Shown here: in pieces, positions 56,986-64,000 of the stretch | How the letters are laid out: each line of letters begins with the position of its first letter | How positions within the stretch are numbered: position 1 is the stretch's first letter | Virus record (IMG/VR): IMGVR_UViG_3300014206_000007 | Span: 128,001-192,000 of that record | Reading direction: 5' to 3' (one strand) | From: a virus | Lineage: Duplodnaviria; Caudoviricetes | DNA length: 64,000 nucleotides | Translations under genes and position numbers: made by a program | Notes under the pieces: generated by a model | Told to the model about the DNA's origin: nothing | Databases searched by the model: none | What the model saw: only the letters and a program-made list of their open reading frames with translations

Positions 56986-57452
56986 TAATAAAAAAATATA
57001 CTGGACATATGCATCGAAATAGCCCATATGAAACAGATAGTGATTGTGGAAATTGTGACGGAGCAAGATGCGAGAATTGTATTATTAAATTCGTTAGTAC
57101 TGAAACTAACAAAGTATGTGATACAATAGACGAAAGCAAAGAAAATGAAAAAGCTTTCAAAATGTTAGTACATGATTTATCATCTTATAATATAGCATTT
57201 TTTATTAAGGATGATAAACTTTATTGCATAACTATAGATGGTAAAAAAGATGCTATATTATGCAATGAAGAATCACCATTATATCAAGAGTATCTTGATA
57301 TAACGAAACAAAAAGTTACACGTTATACCGAATGTAAGTGTGTTGATAAAGATGATGTCAATAATCAATGTTCTAAATATGGCTGTGATGATAGCTCTTG
57401 CTACATTGAAATGAAGCGTGGTAAAAGAACAGAGAAAAAGTGGTATATGTAA
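56982..57452 (+). CDS. Cys-rich hypothetical protein
   Basis: CGNCDGARCENC and a C-terminal Cys cluster. Confidence 0.75.
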   Translation: MIIKKYTGHMHRNSPYETDSDCGNCDGARCENCIIKFVSTETNKVCDTIDESKENEKAFKMLVHDLSSYNIAFFIKDDKLYCITIDGKKDAILCNEESPLYQEYLDITKQKVTRYTECKCVDKDDVNNQCSKYGCDDSSCYIEMKRGKRTEKKWYM

Positions 57453-57460
57453 TTCAAATA

Positions 57461-57491
57461 TAATAATATTCTATGGAGGAATAGAAAATGA
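57461..57491 (+). repeat. 31-bp intergenic RBS module, copy 2
   Basis: Identical to 56955..56985. Confidence 0.9.
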
Positions 57492-57928
57492 GAAAATATG
57501 AAAGTTTATCTTTGCAGATTACAAAAATAATGGAAGCATTACAAACTGATAATATGATCGCAAATGATCATAATAAGGATTTATATAAAGTTGAAGAAAT
57601 AGTCTTATTATCCAATGGATACATTGGTGCATTATTAGCAGATTATGCAATGTATTGCATCAATAAAATTTATATTGGTAGAGATGGTAAGCCACGTATT
57701 TCTCAATCTTCAGTTGGTCCTGTTATTGAATCTAAGTTAGATTTACTTTCTGGTAAATTTAATTGGTCACAACATAAAGAGTATTGTCCTATATTAAAAA
57801 AATGGCATATTAACGGAACAGTAGAAACGTATGCTCCAAATGACATGGTAGAAGAGGCAATGGTCTATATTGAAAATGAATTAAAAGAAGCATTAAGTGA
57901 TTATGACGGAGAATTCGTTATAATCTAG
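57488..57928 (+). CDS. Hypothetical protein
   Basis: GGAGG RBS, followed by terminator agaagcaga/tctgcttct plus T-tract. Confidence 0.75.
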   Translation: MRKYESLSLQITKIMEALQTDNMIANDHNKDLYKVEEIVLLSNGYIGALLADYAMYCINKIYIGRDGKPRISQSSVGPVIESKLDLLSGKFNWSQHKEYCPILKKWHINGTVETYAPNDMVEEAMVYIENELKEALSDYDGEFVII

Positions 57929-57985
57929 AAGCAGAATAATATCTGCTTCTTTTTTTTCTAGTATATATTATTTTAATATAATAAA

Positions 57986-58549
57986 TTGAAAGGAAATGAT
58001 AATATGAAAATAAAAAATGATGAATATGGGATTACCTATATTGCAAAATATAATGAAAATATAATAGCAATTTCGACAGATAAAGATATAATAAAAGAAT
58101 ATATGAAAAATATTAGAAAATTAAATAAAAATGAATACGATATAGAAGAATTTGAGGCTGATACTTCATATTATTATATTCAATATGAAGATTATGTATT
58201 AACTGAATTTTATTCATTCTTTATTCCATTAATAGATATCAGAATAATCGAAATGGAATATTCTAGTATCGATAAAGATTTGACTAGTTTATTAAATAGA
58301 TTAAAGTATTTCTCATTCTTATTTAATAGAATAGAGGATGATACTACACTTAATCATTCGATAGAACTAATAAAAGATATTGAAAATATTTCAAATAAAA
58401 ATAAAAAGATGGAAAAGTTGAGCAAGGCTCATTATTTAAACCATCCAATTTTATCATGTAATATAAATCAATATTTCAATTTTATTAAGAGATATAAAGA
58501 ATATCAAGATTTAGAAAAAAGATATAAAGAACGATGTTCGCTTGATTAG
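57986..58549 (+). CDS. Hypothetical protein
   Basis: TATATATTAT at 57962. The likely start is ATG 58004. Confidence 0.7.
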   Translation: MKGNDNMKIKNDEYGITYIAKYNENIIAISTDKDIIKEYMKNIRKLNKNEYDIEEFEADTSYYYIQYEDYVLTEFYSFFIPLIDIRIIEMEYSSIDKDLTSLLNRLKYFSFLFNRIEDDTTLNHSIELIKDIENISNKNKKMEKLSKAHYLNHPILSCNINQYFNFIKRYKEYQDLEKRYKERCSLD

Positions 58550-58581
58550 TATATAGTCAAGTTTATCATCGTTCTTTTTTA

Positions 58582-59064
58582 TTATTCTTTTCGTCTAAAC
58601 CTTGATGCTAGTGTTAAAATTCCTTCTGTAAAAACTCGAATATTTTTAGGTGCTTTCCAGTAATTGTCAGATTTTTCATCAACTGACAATTCAAGCATTG
58701 CATTTAAATATTCAACAAATCTATCATATGGCATTCTCGTCATTAATTCTCCAGCTTCCTCGAAGAATAAATCTAATTGATTTTCTCTTTTACAATATCT
58801 GTATCCAGGTAAAGTTCTATCTGAATATAAGTATGGAGTTTCCATGATAATAATATCATTTCCATTTATTTTTGTAGTAAAGATTAGTACATAATCAATT
58901 GGAAGAGTGGAATCGTGATTTAGATTTGCGTATGTCAATGTAAAGTTTGGAAAGCGTTTTTCATATTCGCTTAATAAATCTTTAAATAGTTTTTTCCTAG
59001 GTCCAGGTAGAATATATAACTTCTCCTCTTTAGGAATATTTAATTTTTTATATTTACTAATCAT
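58582..59064 (-). CDS. Hypothetical protein
   Basis: AAGGAG RBS. Confidence 0.7.
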   Translation of the reverse strand: MISKYKKLNIPKEEKLYILPGPRKKLFKDLLSEYEKRFPNFTLTYANLNHDSTLPIDYVLIFTTKINGNDIIIMETPYLYSDRTLPGYRYCKRENQLDLFFEEAGELMTRMPYDRFVEYLNAMLELSVDEKSDNYWKAPKNIRVFTEGILTLASRFRRKE

Positions 59065-59152
59065 ATTTATACACTCCTTTAAATAAATTTTATTATTATA
59101 TTATTGATATAATAATTATAAAATATAAAAATGAAATGAGGTTGAAATCAAA

Positions 59153-60196
59153 ATGAAAAAGATAATCATATTAAATAAAAATAAAAGTGTTGAAATCGTT
59201 AAAGAAAAGAATTTTAAATATGAAAAAAAGATGGAATTTATTCTGATTCCATTAAATAGTTATGAGTTAGATGATGTATTTGTATGTGTAAAGGCAAATA
59301 AGTATATGAATTTTGATAATGCAAAGTTAGAAATAACTTTAGCTAATGCCGTAAATGATATTGATTATGACGATTTTAATAGTATTACACCATTCAATAA
59401 CTTAAATATTACGACATCATCAATAATAGAATTGTATAATTATATTCAATCAATAAATCGTTTAGAGTATCTTAATGACCTACTAAATGCCAATTTAGAA
59501 TGTACTACTCAGCGAGTAATTGATATTTTAACTTTCAAGATTGTATTATATAAGAATAATGAATGTATATTTGAGTATACATTTAAGAGAATTAATGATG
59601 CAGATGACGTTGAATCATTAGAATATGATTTAGGAGTATTGGATTATGGATTTCATGATATATTTAAGGGAATAAAAGATATATATGGTGTGATATCTGA
59701 TGATGTATTTATTAATAAAAATAATAATAAATGGTCATTTAAAGATGATAATTATACTGAATCATTATGTGGCATTATATTGCCTCATACACATACTTTA
59801 TATTTTGTGAGTCCACGTGAGTATTATGAAATAGGAAAAGTGCTTGAGCAGACGATTGTTATAGAACTCAATATGGTTGTTATGGAAGATCAAATAAATA
59901 TTAAAAATTTTCAATCTGTAGATGATGTTGCAGATTTTTTATCATCTGGTAACTGTGAATATTATGATTCGTTTTCACTTTATATAAATCGAGTAATCAT
60001 GTTAGAATATATGATATATGCAAAATTTTTATATTCATCAATAATTTTATCGTATCAAACAGATATCGGTTTAGAAGGATTTAATATAATAACTACAATC
60101 ATAAATGGTAATCAGAAATTTAGTGTAATATTTGATAAAGATACTATTCCACATCATAGTCAATATGAATATATTTTAGAAAGGATGAGAAAATAA
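59153..60196 (+). CDS. Hypothetical protein (probable distant paralog of 60198..61130)
   Basis: Similar N-termini (IILNK...EI.K) and internal KN.NKW motif. Confidence 0.7.
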   Translation: MKKIIILNKNKSVEIVKEKNFKYEKKMEFILIPLNSYELDDVFVCVKANKYMNFDNAKLEITLANAVNDIDYDDFNSITPFNNLNITTSSIIELYNYIQSINRLEYLNDLLNANLECTTQRVIDILTFKIVLYKNNECIFEYTFKRINDADDVESLEYDLGVLDYGFHDIFKGIKDIYGVISDDVFINKNNNKWSFKDDNYTESLCGIILPHTHTLYFVSPREYYEIGKVLEQTIVIELNMVVMEDQINIKNFQSVDDVADFLSSGNCEYYDSFSLYINRVIMLEYMIYAKFLYSSIILSYQTDIGLEGFNIITTIINGNQKFSVIFDKDTIPHHSQYEYILERMRK

Positions 60197-60197
60197 G

Positions 60198-61130
60198 ATG
60201 AATATCATTCTTAACAAAGATGGAACATATGAAATTATTAAAAATGAGGCGAAAATAGAGAGAAGTATTAAAAATGCTAAATATATAATAATCGATATTT
60301 CCACCGCATTAAAAGGCCCAGTGTGTACACTGATTAAGCCAAAATATTTATCTAGTGAAAAAGTTGATTGCCAAATTGATTTATTGCTAATTTATGCGGC
60401 AACTGATTGCCCAGCATCCGACACTTCAACTTTTCACTATAGTTTACCATTAGATAGTATAAATCATCGATACAATATATATCCATTAATGAAACAGATG
60501 ATAGATTTTAATTACTATAAATGTGAATTTGACATTGTAGATACAGAAATAACAATCGATAATATTTCAGTATTATTTGATGGAAAAGTTGCTATAGAAA
60601 TAAATGAAGATATAATGGATGAATACATCGATAAAACCTTTAAGCAATTGAAATTAATAACTAGTGTATTGGAACTTGAAGATGAAAATCATATTATTTT
60701 AAAAAATAATAAATGGTATGCTTCATCAGAGATACCCACGCATTTCGATTATATTCTATATAATATAAAAGGAAATGAAAGTTTATATTTATTGACTGAG
60801 AAGCAGTTTAATAGATTTTGTCTAATCGACTCAGTATCAATAAAAATGTACAGATGTTATGATGATATCACATATCATAAATCAACGACTGATGTTTTTG
60901 AGGATGAAGATAATTATATTACTACAACTGGAATTAGTAATATATTAACTTCATGCCTATACTTCCCTCAATATATCGAATTAGAGAAGAATATATATAA
61001 CAGTAAGATGGCATTGACAATATCAATAGAAACACCTATAAAAATATATAATTTAAAGATAACTGAAAAAGAATTTAATAATAACCCAATCGAATTATTT
61101 AATATCATAAATAAACTTTTACAGTTATAA
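60198..61130 (+). CDS. Hypothetical protein
   Basis: 310-aa ORF coupled to the upstream gene. Confidence 0.7.
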   Translation: MNIILNKDGTYEIIKNEAKIERSIKNAKYIIIDISTALKGPVCTLIKPKYLSSEKVDCQIDLLLIYAATDCPASDTSTFHYSLPLDSINHRYNIYPLMKQMIDFNYYKCEFDIVDTEITIDNISVLFDGKVAIEINEDIMDEYIDKTFKQLKLITSVLELEDENHIILKNNKWYASSEIPTHFDYILYNIKGNESLYLLTEKQFNRFCLIDSVSIKMYRCYDDITYHKSTTDVFEDEDNYITTTGISNILTSCLYFPQYIELEKNIYNSKMALTISIETPIKIYNLKITEKEFNNNPIELFNIINKLLQL

Positions 61131-61176
61131 ACTAACTTAATAAAAATTTCTAATAAATATTGAGAGGACTAATATA

Positions 61177-61332
61177 ATGAAAACAAAAATTGAATTGATG
61201 GAAGAATCAATTGTTAACCAAATTAGTGAACTGGATAATGAATTAGCAAATCCAGAAAATTTTAAAATAAATAAATCGCAAGAGAATGCTACATTTGTAG
61301 AACTTTTAGAAGGGGATGATAAAAATGAGTAA
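61177..61332 (+). CDS. Small acidic hypothetical protein (51 aa)
   Basis: Below the ORF-track cutoff. GAGAGG RBS. MKTKIELMEESIVNQISELDNELANPE... fills the gap and overlaps the next start. Confidence 0.6.
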   Translation: MKTKIELMEESIVNQISELDNELANPENFKINKSQENATFVELLEGDDKNE

Positions 61333-61783
61333 AATATCATGGAATTTGCAAGAAATTAACAAGGAAAACCCAATGGTGGTTTTAATGTTTAAAAAGAATG
61401 ATGATTTAAATAATATCATTCTTGAAACTACTAGTAGTTTCATAAAAAATAGCGTACTCATACTGATTATTGGAATCATAGTTCCAATAATCTTATGGGG
61501 ATGGGCATTAAATAGAGCATTTATAGTTGTATTTTTAGCTGATATGATTATAAACTCGGTATTATTATGGGTAGGTGTAAAAAATTCATATGCAGATGCA
61601 ATATATCGAATGATTTACACTGAAGAATTTAAAACTGTATATGTCAATGAAGAGCAAATCAATGACATAATTGAAAAGATAAACATTCTTAAAGGAAGAA
61701 TACAGCTTTTAAAAGATAAAATGTTATTTGACAATATAGTAGTTTTAATTTTACTATTAACGGCTATATTAAAACTAATTTAA
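61325..61783 (+). CDS. Membrane protein (about 3 TM)
   Basis: Hydrophobic segments. The likely start is MSKISW behind AAGGGG. Confidence 0.7.
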   Translation: MSKISWNLQEINKENPMVVLMFKKNDDLNNIILETTSSFIKNSVLILIIGIIVPIILWGWALNRAFIVVFLADMIINSVLLWVGVKNSYADAIYRMIYTEEFKTVYVNEEQINDIIEKINILKGRIQLLKDKMLFDNIVVLILLLTAILKLI

Positions 61784-61792
61784 GAGGAGAAA

Positions 61793-62083
61793 GTGAAAAT
61801 GCTTATTAAAATATTTAAAAAAATATTTAGAAAAAATAATTCATCAATTTTTGATGAAGATGATGAATTAGAAAGGCCTGCGATTAGAAAAAAATTAGAA
61901 GAAATGAAATTAACCGAAACTGATCGATTTAGAAAAGCAGCAATTACTGTATTATTAGGACCTGCTGATGGCAACATTATATTACAAATGCCAGAAGTAA
62001 TTGATGTAATAGAAAATGATGACCCTGGATTTGAAAAATTAGCTGATACTATATTCATAATAAGAAGAGAGTTGGGAATTTAA
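61793..62083 (+). CDS. Hypothetical protein
   Basis: GAGGAG RBS with GTG start. Confidence 0.7.
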   Translation: MKMLIKIFKKIFRKNNSSIFDEDDELERPAIRKKLEEMKLTETDRFRKAAITVLLGPADGNIILQMPEVIDVIENDDPGFEKLADTIFIIRRELGI

Positions 62084-62103
62084 TTAAAAAGGAGAGAATA
62101 AAA

Positions 62104-62601
62104 ATGTTTAATGAATTTACTAGTAGAAATGCAACTTTACTAAAATTGATTGAAAATGATTATTACAAGAATTCATTTTCAAGTTATTATGTCCCAGATA
62201 TTGAAATAATGGAAGATGGAAGAATTTTCATTAAATCAAGTAAGCCTATAGTGGAAAATAATGTTTCTTCGATAGTTAAATTTATACTTATAAATATTGA
62301 TGGTAAAATAACTCCGGATAGTTCATCGCAATTTATTGAACTATTAAATGGGGGCTATTTAGTTCGACTGGTTGTAAATAGACCAATCATTAAAGAGAAT
62401 ATTCAATTATCATATGTAGTTGATATTAATAATATACCTCTATCAAAAATAGGTAGTACGGTTAATGATCAGATTATATATCAATATGGTTTTGACTCTA
62501 TACCGTTATATTATGGCTCAGAGCAAATTGCCGCTGAAACTGTAAAATTATTATCAAATAATGAAGAGGTATTTAAGAAATTTATTATGCCGATTTTATA
62601 A
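62104..62601 (+). CDS. Hypothetical protein
   Basis: AAGGAG RBS. Confidence 0.7.
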   Translation: MFNEFTSRNATLLKLIENDYYKNSFSSYYVPDIEIMEDGRIFIKSSKPIVENNVSSIVKFILINIDGKITPDSSSQFIELLNGGYLVRLVVNRPIIKENIQLSYVVDINNIPLSKIGSTVNDQIIYQYGFDSIPLYYGSEQIAAETVKLLSNNEEVFKKFIMPIL

Positions 62602-62613
62602 GGAGATTTCGCT

Positions 62614-63384
62614 ATGTTTTATTTAAATAAAGATCGCCCATTTATAATTAATTCAGAAATAATAGAATGGGATATTAAGTCAGCAAATTTATCAATTATA
62701 AAAGAGTATAATTTGCTTTCTGAAGGTAAGATTGAAAAAATTGAAAAAATGGATAAGCAGGATAGAGTAATCTTCGTAGGGAAAGAAATGGCTAAAGATC
62801 CTGCTTTTTCAAAAATACTTGAAGAATCATTCAATTCTATAATAGATAAATTTATAGAATTGAATGATTTAGATAAGAATTATGATGTATTAACAATAAA
62901 GAGAGATGCAGTATTTATTATTAATAAAAAGCCATTAGTAACTAAAATTGGTAATAATATAAATTTTATTCCAAAAAATACTTATACTTCATTTATTTAT
63001 ATTAAGCCATATGAGTTTTATTTTACTAATAATGGCAATATTGAAATAAAAGGTTTATCAAAAAACTTTGAAACTGAAATTAAACCTTTACATGAAAATG
63101 GTATACTTGAATTCTTAAATGACGTAGTTGCAATTGCTGTAAATAGCAATATGAATTTTAAGAAGATGAATACTTATTTGAGCGAATTTGTAACAGCATA
63201 TAAAAACCGAGAATTACCATTTGATTACTATCGTGAATTTAATGCAAGTAGTAAATTTAAGTATGTAATGTATGAAAATGAAATGCTAATGGACAATATT
63301 GATGATTCAATATTGGATAGTATTGATATTCAGTATAATTATATAAATATAATATTACCATTAATACAGCTTATCAATATATAA
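62614..63384 (+). CDS. Split family-B DNA polymerase, catalytic palm fragment (jumbo-phage type)
   Basis: IEWDIKSANLSII (motif A, DxxS), LTIKRDAVF (motif C-like) and IEIKGL. Confidence 0.7.
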   Translation: MFYLNKDRPFIINSEIIEWDIKSANLSIIKEYNLLSEGKIEKIEKMDKQDRVIFVGKEMAKDPAFSKILEESFNSIIDKFIELNDLDKNYDVLTIKRDAVFIINKKPLVTKIGNNINFIPKNTYTSFIYIKPYEFYFTNNGNIEIKGLSKNFETEIKPLHENGILEFLNDVVAIAVNSNMNFKKMNTYLSEFVTAYKNRELPFDYYREFNASSKFKYVMYENEMLMDNIDDSILDSIDIQYNYINIILPLIQLINI

Positions 63385-63405
63385 ATATTTAAAGGTGGGA
63401 CAGAT

Positions 63406-63801
63406 ATGAATGAACCAGTATTAAGTAAAGCACATCCACATGGATATGACCATCGATTTGTGACTATTGACGCAATTTTAGAATTAAAAAAAGCTGCTCA
63501 ATTAGCAGCAAATAAAATCGGTTATCCAGTTTATTTAGTAGGATCAGTATTATATAAAGAAATTCCAAGAGATATTGATATATCTATAATAATGCCATTA
63601 TCAGATTATGAACAAAAGTTTGGACCACTTCCTACTGATCAAGTAAGATATGGTGGCTATTTATTAAAAGTAATTAATATGACATTTGAAGATGTAAAGG
63701 ATTTATACTTTTGCATCGATTATCATTTAGATGTAAAAATATGTCCAGATACATGGTGGCCCGAAAAACCAAAATATTTATTTGCATCACCACAAAAATA
63801 A
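63406..63801 (+). CDS. Minimal nucleotidyltransferase (Pol-beta superfamily)
   Basis: VYLVGSVL....PRDIDI, with a third Asp in LDVKI. Confidence 0.75.
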   Translation: MNEPVLSKAHPHGYDHRFVTIDAILELKKAAQLAANKIGYPVYLVGSVLYKEIPRDIDISIIMPLSDYEQKFGPLPTDQVRYGGYLLKVINMTFEDVKDLYFCIDYHLDVKICPDTWWPEKPKYLFASPQK

Positions 63802-63823
63802 AAAAAAATAGAGAAATGGGGAT

Positions 63824-64000
63824 ATGAAATTGATTAATTTAGCAGGAGTACAAACTTGCGATGATATCATTAAAAAAGAATTAGAACTAGCTGAAATTGA
63901 ACTTGTATCTGTTGGTAAAAGAGAACGAAGTGAAGTACCATCTGAATATATTGGTAAATGTAATAATTTCATACTTAGTAGAGCGTGGTATTATTGGGTT
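63824..64000 (+). CDS. Hypothetical protein (partial)
   Basis: MKLINLAGVQTCDDIIKKELELAEI...SEVP..YIG...F.LSRAWYYWV, open to the window end. Confidence 0.7.
   Translation, partial: MKLINLAGVQTCDDIIKKELELAEIELVSVGKRERSEVPSEYIGKCNNFILSRAWYYWV

Noticed and set aside
1-64000. tRNAs, introns/inteins, stop-codon reassignment
   Set aside because: No cloverleaf with a TTCGA arm and CCA was seen. RNAP, DnaB and other core genes appear uninterrupted. Genes are full length in code 11 and use TAA, TAG and TGA as stops.

Overview
A 64-kb segment of a very AT-rich jumbo myophage of the AR9/PBS1/phiKZ-like type that encodes its own multisubunit RNA polymerase. The host is probably a Firmicute, judging from GGAGG Shine-Dalgarno sites, a clostridial-type holin and SH3b/GH73/M23 cell-wall domains. 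The window holds a virion-type RNAP beta subunit, a split family-B DNA polymerase fragment, DnaB and Dda/RecD-like helicases, RNase H, SbcD, RusA, a PD-(D/E)XK nuclease, a TARG1/DarG-like macrodomain, a glutaredoxin, a nucleotidyltransferase, baseplate and tail genes, a 2022-aa beta-propeller tail fibre and a 3289-aa tape-measure/lytic protein. Two phage promoter motifs can be read from the intergenic DNA: TATATATTAT (about 12 sites) and AACA-N6-TA (12 exact sites, matching the AR9 late consensus). These motifs, together with intrinsic terminators, delimit four ORF-free, strongly base-paired transcription units that look like undescribed phage ncRNAs: about 730 nt (46498-47231, -), about 245 nt (8710-8954, -), about 175 nt with anti-SD tracts (36368-36542, +) and about 180 nt with a 6S-like rod (54497-54674, -). 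One of them is complementary to the predicted 5' end of another phage transcript. All structures were paired by eye. No database searches were run.
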